Counted from the stretch's first letter, positions 32,575-42,577 are shown. The stretch is 64,000 bases of DNA from Phormidesmis sp. (GCA_965248535.1 CBDFJR010000005.1:2387867-2451866), one strand, 5' to 3'. Notes: generated from the sequence alone by a model not told the origin. Translations and numbers: made by a program.

Positions 32575-32948
32575 AGCGCGTTTTGATTATTGACAACGAG
32601 CCTCATATTCGAGAAGTGACAAAAATTTGCTTGGAGACGATCGCTAACTGGGATGTGATCACGGCAAGTTCTGGAAGAGAAGGAATTGCTAAAGCTCAAA
32701 CTGAACAGCCAGACGCGATTTTGCTGGATGTGATGATGCCCGAAATGGACGGCTTAACGACGTTTGCCACCCTTCAAGCTGACGCGGCAACCCAGTTGAT
32801 TCCAGTGATTTTGTTGACGGCTAAGATGCAGACAGGAGATCAGCGCCGCTATCGTCAATTGGGAATTAGGGCTACGATCGCTAAACCCTTTGAGCCGCTG
32901 AATCTGGCCCAGCAGATCGCCGCCGCGCTGAATTGGAACCTAAGCTAA
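32571..32948 (+). CDS. Single-domain response regulator
   Basis: [11 protein letters not shown] and KPF motifs. Confidence 0.9.
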   Translation: MKRVLIIDNEPHIREVTKICLETIANWDVITASSGREGIAKAQTEQPDAILLDVMMPEMDGLTTFATLQADAATQLIPVILLTAKMQTGDQRRYRQLGIRATIAKPFEPLNLAQQIAAALNWNLS

Positions 32949-32967
32949 CCGCCATTGCAACAGACCG

Positions 32968-34824
32968 TTAGGCGCGATAGGGCTGGGCTTGAAGTTCAAA
33001 TAACTCGGCATAGAGACCCTGATGCCGCATTAGATCTGGGTGGGTGCCGCTTTCTACAATGCGTCCTTGATCCATCACATAAATGCGATCGGCCATTTTC
33101 ACCGTCGATAAGCGGTGGCTGATCAAAATCGCCGATCGCCCTTTAATCAACTGTCTAAAATTCTCATAGACCACCTCCTCAGCTTTGGCATCTAGGGCAC
33201 TGGTCGGTTCGTCGAGCACGACCAGTTGCGAATTGCGTAGAAACGCCCGCGCCAGCGCAATTTTTTGCCACTGTCCTCCACTCAATTCTTCCCCTTGGTG
33301 AAACGATCGCCCTAGCCAAGTCTCGTAGCCATCGGGCAGGGTTTGAATCACCGCATCGGCACCAGAGGCTTTAGCGGCTAACTGAACCTGCGGATCTTGA
33401 GGTGGCAACTCCACATTTCCTAGCCAAATATTGGTGTGGGCAGTGAGGTCATAGCGCACATAGTCCTGAAAGACGACACTGACCTGGCGACGCAAATCGG
33501 CGATTTGGAAGTTGCGGACATCGATTCCATCCCAGGTAATCTGTCCGGCGGTCGGTTCATATAAGCGGCAGAGTAGCTTGATCAGCGTCGTTTTGCCGGA
33601 GCCGTTTTCGCCGACGAGTGCCACCACTTCTCCGGGGCGAATGACTAAATCAATGCCTTGCACTGCCTGCCGTTGGCTGTGAGCATATTGAAAATCAACT
33701 TGATGAAACACAATACCCTGCTGCATGGGTTGCGGCACGGGCCGGGGCTGAACCGGATCAGGAAGCTTGGTTTCTAGATCGAAAAACTCATTGAGGTTGC
33801 ACAGATACAGATAGTTTTCGTGCATACTAGACAGCCCGCCGAGTAAGGCTTGCAGCGAGCCTTTACCGCGCTGTAGAGCTTGATGATACAACACGAGATC
33901 ACCCAGTTTTAGCGCGCCATTGACTGCTTGTAGAATAATGAAGCTGTAGAGTGCCAGCATCAATATCGCCCCGATCGCTTGGACACCGATGTAGACTAAA
34001 GCCTGTTGCCGATCGATCGCGAGTTTTTCTCGATGCAACTGTTTTTGCAATCGCAAGACCCATTCGGTAAAGTAGGGCCCCAAATTGAATAAGCGCAGTT
34101 CTTTGGCAAAGCCTGCCGAGGCGACAATGCTTCCTAAATAGCTGATTTGTCGGTGCATTTGGGTGCTGCGGCGCTCCCATTCATAGCCGATTTTGCCGTA
34201 TTTAAACTGGGCAAGGAGGGTGGGCAGCGTGGTTAAAACCAAGGCCGGTAGCGTCACCCAGTGAATCGTGACGAGTAGCCCGATCATGGTGATCAGCGAT
34301 AGCCCATTTTGCACCAAGGCGGTGGCGGTATACATCACATGGGTGGGGCGTTGCACCTCCCGCTGGGCGCGTTGCAGAATATTGTAGTATTCTGTGTTTT
34401 CGTAGCATTCAATATCGACGGCGATCGCTTTGGCATAGAAGCGTGCCTGCATATATTCGGTGAGTTTGAGTCCTTGCGCTTGGGTCACCCAGTTGTCGAA
34501 GGAAGAGCACAAGAGGTTTAACAGTAAGCACCCCCCCGCCAGTCCGAAGAGTATGGCCAGTTGGGGCATGATGGTGGCCCGATGTGCTGCATCCATGTCT
34601 GTTTTGATGCTGATGGTGAGCACATCGACGACCCATTTGTTCACATAGAGGCTGGCGAGGGAGAGTCCGCTTTGAAGCAGCAGTAAACTCACATGGATGA
34701 CTGTCCATTTAGGACTGCTCTGCCAGACCAATTTTAGGGCAGACAGCGATCGTATGCTGTGGCTTATTTGGCGAGAGAATTGTTTTAGACTACGAATAAA
34801 CCAACGATTCACGGGCTTAATCAC
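32968..34824 (-). CDS. ABC exporter (TMD+NBD), probable peptide exporter
   Basis: GENGSGKTT, LSGGQWQKIALAR and DEPTS motifs; AKELRLF; N-terminal TMD; no C39 peptidase domain seen. Confidence 0.9.
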   Translation of the reverse strand: MIKPVNRWFIRSLKQFSRQISHSIRSLSALKLVWQSSPKWTVIHVSLLLLQSGLSLASLYVNKWVVDVLTISIKTDMDAAHRATIMPQLAILFGLAGGCLLLNLLCSSFDNWVTQAQGLKLTEYMQARFYAKAIAVDIECYENTEYYNILQRAQREVQRPTHVMYTATALVQNGLSLITMIGLLVTIHWVTLPALVLTTLPTLLAQFKYGKIGYEWERRSTQMHRQISYLGSIVASAGFAKELRLFNLGPYFTEWVLRLQKQLHREKLAIDRQQALVYIGVQAIGAILMLALYSFIILQAVNGALKLGDLVLYHQALQRGKGSLQALLGGLSSMHENYLYLCNLNEFFDLETKLPDPVQPRPVPQPMQQGIVFHQVDFQYAHSQRQAVQGIDLVIRPGEVVALVGENGSGKTTLIKLLCRLYEPTAGQITWDGIDVRNFQIADLRRQVSVVFQDYVRYDLTAHTNIWLGNVELPPQDPQVQLAAKASGADAVIQTLPDGYETWLGRSFHQGEELSGGQWQKIALARAFLRNSQLVVLDEPTSALDAKAEEVVYENFRQLIKGRSAILISHRLSTVKMADRIYVMDQGRIVESGTHPDLMRHQGLYAELFELQAQPYRA

Positions 34825-34874
34825 TCACAATATCTGACGAGACTAAAAGAATGGTCGCAATAGACGCTCGATGT

Positions 34875-35849
34875 TCACGACGCAGAGAGTGACAAAGCAG
34901 AGTCTATGGGGAATAGTGTGGAAGCATGGGGCGGTTCGAGCAGCGATCGCAACCCTTGATCGAGCGACCAGCGGGGGCGAAAATTCAACGTCGATCGCGC
35001 TAGAACAATGTTGGCTTGGGAGTGTTGAATATCGCCAGGGCGACGGGCTGCAAATCGAATCGGACTCATTTCACCGGGATGGTTAGCGCGCAGGCATTCC
35101 AGCAATTGCAGCAGTGAAATCGCTACACCCGTGCCAATATTGCAAACTAAAGAGGTGCCAGCAGCGCGATCGATTTCCAACGCTTGCACAAATGCTTGGG
35201 CCACATCTTTTACGTAGATAAAATCGCGGGTTTGTGAGCCATCGCCGTAAATCGTAATCGGTAACCCCTGACTCAGCGCCTGAGAAAATCGCGAAATCAC
35301 CCCAGAATAAGCCGAATTTGGCGCTTGACGCGGGCCAAAAACATTAAAGAGCCGCAGACCGACAAAGGCAAATCCGAGCCGATCGGCATACAAGCTGGCG
35401 TAGTGCTCACTGGTTAGTTTTTGTAAGCCATAGGGTGAAATCGGTGTGGTTAAATTGTCTTCTGCGATCAGCCTTGTGGATAAGTTTCCATAAACTGCCG
35501 CTGAACTTGTAAACACCAGCTTAGGAATCGACAGCGCTTGACACAAGCTGATCACCGCGATCGTGGCTGATAGATTATTGTGATGGGTGTGAATCGGATC
35601 TGACCAAGATTCACCGACAGATGGCGTTGCAGCTAGATGGGCTATGCCATCGACTGGACTCAAAAAATCTTCTGGTTGGCAATGCTGAATCTCTTTTTGG
35701 AGCACCGACAATGAGGGATGCCGGGGCAAATGCTTTAGCGTTCCTGTGCGTAAATTGTCCACAACGGTGACACAGTGCCCTTGGGCTAATAGCGCTTCGG
35801 TTAAGTGGGAACCAATAAATCCGGCTCCTCCAGTGACGATGATGTGCAT
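34875..35849 (-). CDS. NAD-dependent NDP-sugar epimerase/dehydratase
   Basis: TGGAGFIGSHL, YGLQK (YxxxK), FNVFGPRQ and GDGSQTRDF motifs. Confidence 0.92.
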   Translation of the reverse strand: MHIIVTGGAGFIGSHLTEALLAQGHCVTVVDNLRTGTLKHLPRHPSLSVLQKEIQHCQPEDFLSPVDGIAHLAATPSVGESWSDPIHTHHNNLSATIAVISLCQALSIPKLVFTSSAAVYGNLSTRLIAEDNLTTPISPYGLQKLTSEHYASLYADRLGFAFVGLRLFNVFGPRQAPNSAYSGVISRFSQALSQGLPITIYGDGSQTRDFIYVKDVAQAFVQALEIDRAAGTSLVCNIGTGVAISLLQLLECLRANHPGEMSPIRFAARRPGDIQHSQANIVLARSTLNFRPRWSLDQGLRSLLEPPHASTLFPIDSALSLSAS

Positions 35850-35867
35850 TTGGCTCTGTTCCAGTGC

Positions 35868-36926
35868 TTAAACGGTGAGGGATAGCAGCGAGTTTTGGGA
35901 AGATAGGATCTGATGACTGAGAGATGCCAAGTCATCGGTGATGAGTGTGCAAAGCTGATCTAATTGCTGTAGATCATCAGGACGAGAGAGCAACCGGATC
36001 GGGATAGTTTGCGCGATCGCTGCCAATTCCTGTAGCTCCTGCTGCTGCTGGAGGGGCATGAGAATATCTCGCCCGTAGCTGTGCACTAAAAGATGCTGGA
36101 GGGAGGCGATCGCCGAGAGAGGTTGAACGATCGCGCTGTCACGAGAGGCTTCTCGCGGTTGCAGCACATAAATCGCCGCTAAAGGTAGAGAATGCTCGAC
36201 AAACCGTTGAGGTAAGCGATCGTGCTCTGGCTGCAACTCAAAAAAGCATTTATCTAAGCGGCTAAACACCCGCGTGAGCGGTGCAATCGGAACCGTCAGC
36301 GCCTGGAGTGAAGGCTGCCACAGTCGCAGTGCTGGGTAGCCCGGTTGCACCCAAATCTGATCCTTGATGCTGTGCAGAGCGGCAATATCATCGGTCAGGG
36401 CCGCATATCCGCGCATCGCTAAAGCGGCGGCGGTGGTCGATTTGCCTGCACCAGATGCTCCGATTAGCGCGATCGCTTGTCCCTGAATTTTGACGACGCT
36501 GGCGTGTAAACAGAGTGTTCCTCGCAGCCGCAGCACATGCCCCAGCACGCCACCGAGCAGCATTGAAACGGCATCCTGAAACAGGTGTTCTGCTGACCAA
36601 AAGCCCCAAACTCGATCGCCTGTCGGATGAATCACAAATTCCAGAACGTCATCGTGCTCGACCGATCGCAGCCGCCAATAGGTGCCCTCTGCGGTCTCGG
36701 TTTGCCAGAGACAAAAGCCTGCCTGCTGTTCATCTGCTGTTGTTACTTGCCAAAACCGATGCTCTAGCAGGGGATGATCTAGCGTGGGTGCGCCAACAAA
36801 TTCTACTGTCACCGTTGACGTTTTAGACGGCAGTGAATGGGTGGGTGTTAAACCGGGGAGGAATCGATTGGAGACTAGGCTCAAACCATAGACGGTATAG
36901 CAAGAATTGTCCTCTAGATTCTGCAT
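35868..36926 (-). CDS. HPr-kinase-like serine kinase (lasso-cluster type)
   Basis: LHAS, GASGAGKST P-loop and LTDD motifs; likely start ATG 36926. Confidence 0.85.
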   Translation of the reverse strand: MQNLEDNSCYTVYGLSLVSNRFLPGLTPTHSLPSKTSTVTVEFVGAPTLDHPLLEHRFWQVTTADEQQAGFCLWQTETAEGTYWRLRSVEHDDVLEFVIHPTGDRVWGFWSAEHLFQDAVSMLLGGVLGHVLRLRGTLCLHASVVKIQGQAIALIGASGAGKSTTAAALAMRGYAALTDDIAALHSIKDQIWVQPGYPALRLWQPSLQALTVPIAPLTRVFSRLDKCFFELQPEHDRLPQRFVEHSLPLAAIYVLQPREASRDSAIVQPLSAIASLQHLLVHSYGRDILMPLQQQQELQELAAIAQTIPIRLLSRPDDLQQLDQLCTLITDDLASLSHQILSSQNSLLSLTV

Positions 36927-37050
36927 TGGCAATTCAACAGTAGATAAACATAAAATCGGCAGTTTGCTGCAACATAGGTGAGCGATCGTTTCAGGCGATC
37001 GCTCACCTATTCTCAAACTTGGCTCAATCTATAATCAAGCTCGACTAAGC

Positions 37051-37227
37051 TCACGTCGTCGAGGGGAAGGTGGTATTTGTGGTACTGTTAGTAGTCCCGA
37101 CCGTAGGACTCATACCTGTCGTCATGGGACTACCACTGCCCCCGCCGCTTTGGGTCAGTCCAGCGATCGTGCCATGGGCCTCGAACACTGGTGATTCGTA
37201 GTCTTTTTGATGATCATTCATAGTCAT
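37051..37227 (-). CDS. RiPP precursor peptide with lasso-type leader (58 aa)
   Basis: MTMNDHQKDYESPVFEAHGTIAGLTQ|SGGGSGSPMTTGMSPTVGTTNSTTNTTFPSTT; YxxP..G..T(-2) leader; AAGGAG RBS; not in the ORF track. Confidence 0.88.
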   Translation of the reverse strand: MTMNDHQKDYESPVFEAHGTIAGLTQSGGGSGSPMTTGMSPTVGTTNSTTNTTFPSTT

Positions 37228-37339
37228 GAACTCCTTTGTTGGGTAAATAGTGTGAGCAGATGCACCCTGAAACTTTTAGCTGAGAACAAATGAAGCGGTT
37301 CTTTCCCATAACATTAGGATGTGGGTCAAGTGACTGATC

Positions 37340-38542
37340 TCAGGCGGTTAAACTCAATGATTTATCGGCATGGCCGCGCTGTTTGATTTGACAAAGCCGA
37401 TCGCAGGCGTTGAGAAAAAGCTGCTTAAATCGCGATTCATCAAACTGATCGACCATCAGTTGGCGGGCTTGTGCGAGATGGTCGCGTCGCGCTTCGGGTG
37501 GTTGGTTTACCACTTGCACGATCGCTGCTGCCAATGCTTCTGGATTCTCCGGCGGCGCTAAGGTGCAGACCTCCGGCACAAACGTACCATGATAGGCTTT
37601 TAAATCGACACTAATCACCTCACACTCACAGGCGATCGCTTCAATCAACGTCGAGGGAAAGGCATCGGTGTAGGGATAGCTGATCACCACATCCGACAGG
37701 TTATAAATAGTTGGCATCCAGAGATGGGGAAAGTAAGGTAAAAATCGGAGGCGATCGGTGAGTTGGTATTCCTCGGCTCGCGCTTCAATTCGATTTCTCA
37801 TCTCTTGTTGTTCTTTCTGAGGGGCGCGCCCCATCACCAAAAAAACCATTGCTGTAGGTTTTGTTAGCTGGGGATAGGCTAACTGATAGGCATGAAAGAT
37901 ATCATCATGTTTGTAGAGCGCTGCCCAACCACGTGGCGACATAATCACCGTAGTCTCTTCGGGGAGCCGCAACACATCGCGTTTCCACTGTGCCACATTG
38001 CGGGTAGTGCCCCGGCAAAATAGCTGGGTTTTGGTGCCGATCGGAATCAGTTCAACCCGACCATCAGCAGGCATCAAGGCTTGCGCTGGCTCCAGTAGCT
38101 GCGGGGTTTCCACAATCAAGGTATCTGTATTTGCAAGCACAAATTCTGCTAACTCGCTCTGTTCCCTATTGATCTGATTTAGGAGCATATAATTCAGAAA
38201 CCCCCAAGCGGATACAACGAGCGGTCGCACCCCCGCTAAGACACAACTGCGAGCGTGCCAATTGATCGCATTGACATGCACCACATCGGGCTGGAACTCG
38301 TCGAACAATGCTCGAATGCGCGGTGCCATGTCGATCGCCATCTGATGGTCATCAAAGGTGCCACCGGGATTATCATCGTTTTCTAAGTGCCACTGACTCG
38401 GAACATAGCGGTAATTTGCGGGGGGATTGCCTTCATAAAAATCTGCATCGCCCAGCAGACAGACGTGATGCCCAGCCTCAATGAGCCAACGCAGGGGACG
38501 CTCTGCCGCAGTGCCCCCACAGGAAACAACTAGAATTCGCAT
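37340..38542 (-). CDS. GT4-like (GT-B) glycosyltransferase
   Basis: PDVVHV, SPRG and DAFPSTLIEAIAC motifs. Confidence 0.85.
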   Translation of the reverse strand: MRILVVSCGGTAAERPLRWLIEAGHHVCLLGDADFYEGNPPANYRYVPSQWHLENDDNPGGTFDDHQMAIDMAPRIRALFDEFQPDVVHVNAINWHARSCVLAGVRPLVVSAWGFLNYMLLNQINREQSELAEFVLANTDTLIVETPQLLEPAQALMPADGRVELIPIGTKTQLFCRGTTRNVAQWKRDVLRLPEETTVIMSPRGWAALYKHDDIFHAYQLAYPQLTKPTAMVFLVMGRAPQKEQQEMRNRIEARAEEYQLTDRLRFLPYFPHLWMPTIYNLSDVVISYPYTDAFPSTLIEAIACECEVISVDLKAYHGTFVPEVCTLAPPENPEALAAAIVQVVNQPPEARRDHLAQARQLMVDQFDESRFKQLFLNACDRLCQIKQRGHADKSLSLTA

Positions 38543-38594
38543 GGGATTAGTCCTGACTATAAATCTCACTAGCGCGGATAGAGTTCACGCCTGC

Positions 38595-38918
38595 TTAAAT
38601 ACTGTTGTCTTCAGTGCTGTGGAGTTCGACAACGCCCGCTTCTAGCCATTGGGTGACTAAGCTCATCAAGTCTGCCTGTAGGCGCTCTGGCTCTACTGCA
38701 TACTCTTCTAACAATGTTTTGTAGGCAGATTCGATCGAGGCTGCTTGAGTGAGCGCAGAGAGCATCTGGGTCGCGATCGTGTTTTGGCTAAAGTAAACTT
38801 CAGTGGTCATATTCAACAATGCCGATTCGCCCGACATATCTTGTATCAAAACCTGGGGAGACAAGACTATTTTTTGAGCGGATGAGATTTGCGGTGCCAG
38901 GGAATCAGTACTCAACAT
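38595..38918 (-). CDS. PqqD-family RiPP recognition element (lasso B1)
   Basis: GESALLN..YFSQN..EYAVEPERLQADL..LEAGVV pattern. Confidence 0.88.
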   Translation of the reverse strand: MLSTDSLAPQISSAQKIVLSPQVLIQDMSGESALLNMTTEVYFSQNTIATQMLSALTQAASIESAYKTLLEEYAVEPERLQADLMSLVTQWLEAGVVELHSTEDNSI

Positions 38919-39270
38919 AATGTAGTCAACGAAGTCGATAGTGATCTATATCTAAGCTCTTCAGGGAGTTTAACAGTCATCCGACAGTGAGGTTCTAAGG
39001 TTTACGGAAATTAGTTATTTCTCTATGAAGTTTAAAGTCTTATCTTCTGTTTGAGCGATTTCTGGTCTTGTGAGGTATACATGAACACTGCGGTTCTGTT
39101 GCACAAACATGGCTACTTAGGTTACGCCGCAGGGATAATCGGGGTTTCCTAAGAGCTTATATGAACGTATCTAAAACATTTGGCCCTTGCTTTTTAAAGA
39201 TAGACAATGTGATTGTGACAGATGATCGAGTTGTCTCAGGCAATGGAGGTGAAAATTTGTGAGTGTTCAG

Positions 39271-39753
39271 TTACGAGAGTGATTTAGAAAAGGCGCTAAA
39301 CTGTTGATGGACATCAGGGCGATCGTTCAACACTAGCTCCTCATACTCGATCCAGGCGTGGGCACAAAATGTTCCGTGTTCTCGCTGCACCCCAATTCGC
39401 ACAGTTGTTTTGACCCCCTGACAGCGGAGCAAAAACCAGAGCACCAGCGATCGTTTTAAGCAGTTACCCCAAATGCTCGATCGGGCGGCTAGATTCACGA
39501 TTTGAGCGATGTGCTGCAACTGAGATAACTCGGTTGGCGGTCTAATAGGGCATCGTGCCGTCAGCCAATCGAGCCAGCATTGCGTCTGCTGCAACCCTCT
39601 GAGAGATAAACAGCACGACACGATCGGCAACAACAAAAAGGCTTGCAAAAAGAGCGTGCGATCGCATGGAGGAAGCGCCATCCAGAGGTGTCCTTTACGA
39701 AAAAGTCGCTGCATGGGAATCATGACAAAGAGGTTGCTGAAACGATCAAACAT
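39271..39753 (-). CDS. Lasso B2 transglutaminase-like leader peptidase
   Basis: NCLKRSLVLW..IGV..AHAWIE..LND with Cys/His catalytic residues. Confidence 0.92.
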   Translation of the reverse strand: MFDRFSNLFVMIPMQRLFRKGHLWMALPPCDRTLFLQAFLLLPIVSCCLSLRGLQQTQCWLDWLTARCPIRPPTELSQLQHIAQIVNLAARSSIWGNCLKRSLVLWFLLRCQGVKTTVRIGVQREHGTFCAHAWIEYEELVLNDRPDVHQQFSAFSKSLS

Positions 39754-39860
39754 TGACTTGTTTATTGTACAATATTTTGCGTAAATATCCGGATCGATTC
39801 AGCGATCTGAAGTAATACAGATCACTACCTTAACAGTTGCTCTTTCAGGGTTTCAATTTG

Positions 39861-41072
39861 ATGGATCTTTCTTCTTTGACTCAAGGCTGTAGTGCTGAAG
39901 CTAATTTCTTGCTTGCCTGTGTCCGGCTCTATTGCAGACCCTCAGGCGCAGCAGAGATGAGATTGAATCTCGATGCTGTGAATTGGTCAAAACTGATCGA
40001 AATCGCCCACTTCAACAGCGTCATCCCGATTTTGCACAACAGTTTGAACGCGATCGCATCTCCCCATGTTCCCCCCGATATACTCACTGATCTTTCTGAA
40101 GCAACTCGTGCAAACAGCCACCTCAATCTGCTGCGTGCTAAAGAACTGCTCTGCCTGGTAGCGTGCCTAAAAAAACAAGGTATTGATGTCATTCCTTTTA
40201 AAGGACTGGTCTTAGCAGAAGTTGCTCATGGCAATTTAGCGATGCGGCAATTTGGCGATTTGGATTTGTTAGTTCGTGATCAAGATTTTTGGCAAGCAAA
40301 GGCTGCTTTAATGGCTCAGGGATATTGCACCGAAACAACCGCGATCGAAGAAGCGATCGGCTTTCGGCGCTACTGTCAAATTTCTTTGTCTAACTCAGCC
40401 CGATCGAGCAGTTTAGATCTGCACTGGGGCATTCCACCCCGGCGATTTTGGCATCGCGATCGCACCCCCACTCTTTGGCAAAATTTGCAGACCCGATCGC
40501 TAGCAGGACAGACCATTCAAACCTTTTCGATCGAGGTGATGTTAGTCATCCAAGCTATTAATGCGGTCAAAGAACCCCAGCGGCGGCCGGCTCTAAAACA
40601 GGTTTGTGATTTAGCAAAACTGATTCACGCTTACCCAACCTTAGATTGGGAGCGAGTCTGGGAGATAGCAGGTGAACTCCGGGTTCAGACACTGTTGCTG
40701 ATTAGTCTCAGTCTGGTACATCAACTCCTACAAGTGTCTCTTCCTAAAGAGATTCAAGCTGAAATTGCCAAAAATAAACGCATAGAAGCGATCGCCCGCC
40801 GAGTCAATCAACAAGTTGTTGCCAAAATCGATACGCCATCTGAGAGTTGTGACCGATGGTGGTCAGAATATTGGTATCAGCTTAAAACCCTCGATCGAGG
40901 CTGGCATGGGGGAGTGATGATCTTACAAGAGTTGGGCATCAGGCTGATCGAGATTGGCAGGCGGATGACTCCTAATGAGCACGATTTACAGATGGTATCT
41001 CTGCCCGCTTCTCTGCATTTTGTCTACTACTTTTTGCGCGTTTTGAGAGTGGCGAGTAAATATCTCTCTTAG
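39861..41072 (+). CDS. Nucleotidyltransferase family protein (NTP_transf_5 type)
   Basis: PFKG..R.FGDLDLLV..LDLHW pattern, as found in lasso clusters. Confidence 0.85.
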   Translation: MDLSSLTQGCSAEANFLLACVRLYCRPSGAAEMRLNLDAVNWSKLIEIAHFNSVIPILHNSLNAIASPHVPPDILTDLSEATRANSHLNLLRAKELLCLVACLKKQGIDVIPFKGLVLAEVAHGNLAMRQFGDLDLLVRDQDFWQAKAALMAQGYCTETTAIEEAIGFRRYCQISLSNSARSSSLDLHWGIPPRRFWHRDRTPTLWQNLQTRSLAGQTIQTFSIEVMLVIQAINAVKEPQRRPALKQVCDLAKLIHAYPTLDWERVWEIAGELRVQTLLLISLSLVHQLLQVSLPKEIQAEIAKNKRIEAIARRVNQQVVAKIDTPSESCDRWWSEYWYQLKTLDRGWHGGVMILQELGIRLIEIGRRMTPNEHDLQMVSLPASLHFVYYFLRVLRVASKYLS

Positions 41073-41249
41073 CTTCCTACGGGCTTTTTTGGCACAATCA
41101 GGGGCTGTGTCGCCCATTATGAATACAGGAAAAAAGTTCAGCATTTGGACATCCTGCTCTTGACGACTATTGAGATTGAGTAGACTTTACGATCGTGCCA
41201 TTCCCAATGTACTAATCTGGAGATCACAACGTCCTTATCTGTTCGGCTC

Positions 41250-42569
41250 ATGACTGTCTCAAAACCCGCTTCAAATTCCGTTGGTGACCTCTCGCTGGCT
41301 GCGTTGGCGCAAAAAACTCAGACGGCTGCTCGTCATTTAGCCACGCAACCCACCGAGGTGAAAAATCGGGCGATCGCTGCCATCGCTGATGCTCTAGAAG
41401 CCAACAGTGCCGAAATTCTCGCTGCCAATGCCGCAGACTGTGAAGCAGCCAAACTAGCGGGAATCGCCCCCGCTCTCTATGCGCGACTGAAGCTTGACGA
41501 AGCGAAATTGAAGGGAGCGATCGCTGGGGTGCGTGATGTGGGCAAGTTGGCAGACCCGATCGGGGTCATTCAACTCGATCGCGAATTGGATGAAGGGCTG
41601 ATTCTCAAGCGAGTCACTTGCCCGTTAGGGGTGCTAGGCGTGATTTTTGAGGCGCGACCCGATGCCGTGATGCAGATTTCGAGTTTGGCGATTAAGTCAG
41701 GAAACGGCGTGATTCTCAAAGGTGGCAAAGAGGCGATTCAGTCTTGCGAAGCTTTGGTGACAGCGATTCATCAAGGGTTAGCGCAAACAGAAATTGATCC
41801 ATCAGTGGTGCAACTTTTAACTACGCGAGAAGAAACGCTAGAGTTATTAAAACTCGATCACTTTGTGGATTTAATTATTCCGAGAGGATCAAATTCATTT
41901 GTGCAATTTGTGCAAAATAATACGAAAATTCCGGTGTTAGGACACGCTGAAGGAATTTGTCATCTATATGTCGATCGCACTGCTGACATTCAGAAAGCAA
42001 TCAAAATCACAATAGATTCTAAAACTCAATATCCGGCTGCTTGCAACGCGATCGAGACTCTGATTGTGCATCAAGCGATCGCGTCAGAGTTTTTGCTAGA
42101 AGCGGTCTCTGCACTGCAAGCTAAGAATGTGGAATTACGGGGAGATGAACGCGCTCGTGAAATTCTCAATATCGCTGCTGTGACAGACTTGGATTGGGTG
42201 ACTGAATACAGCGACTTGATTTTAGCGATTAAAATTGTGGATTCTTTAGAAGGCGCGATCGCCCATATCAATACCTATGGGTCACGACATACAGAAGCGA
42301 TCGTGACTGAAGATTCAACATCGGCTCAAACCTTTCTAGCTCAAGTCGATGCGGCGGGGGTCTACCACAACTGTTCGACTCGTTTTGCAGATGGGTTTCG
42401 CTATGGCTTTGGCGCAGAAGTGGGCATCAGCACCCAAAAAATGCCCCCTCGCGGCCCCGTCGGCTTAGAAGGACTCGTCACCTACAAATATCAGCTAGTG
42501 GGCAACGGGCATATTGCTGCAACCTATACGGGAAGTCATGCTAAACCCTTCACTCATCGGGATTTATAG
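41250..42569 (+). CDS. proA: Gamma-glutamyl phosphate reductase
   Basis: [27 protein letters not shown] and RGPVGL motifs. Confidence 0.95.
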   Translation: MTVSKPASNSVGDLSLAALAQKTQTAARHLATQPTEVKNRAIAAIADALEANSAEILAANAADCEAAKLAGIAPALYARLKLDEAKLKGAIAGVRDVGKLADPIGVIQLDRELDEGLILKRVTCPLGVLGVIFEARPDAVMQISSLAIKSGNGVILKGGKEAIQSCEALVTAIHQGLAQTEIDPSVVQLLTTREETLELLKLDHFVDLIIPRGSNSFVQFVQNNTKIPVLGHAEGICHLYVDRTADIQKAIKITIDSKTQYPAACNAIETLIVHQAIASEFLLEAVSALQAKNVELRGDERAREILNIAAVTDLDWVTEYSDLILAIKIVDSLEGAIAHINTYGSRHTEAIVTEDSTSAQTFLAQVDAAGVYHNCSTRFADGFRYGFGAEVGISTQKMPPRGPVGLEGLVTYKYQLVGNGHIAATYTGSHAKPFTHRDL

Positions 42570-42577
42570 GTCGCTAA

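Noticed and set aside
32968..41072. Canonical lasso peptide cluster
   Set aside because: No cyclase in the window and no Asp/Glu in the core; reported as a lasso-derived system instead
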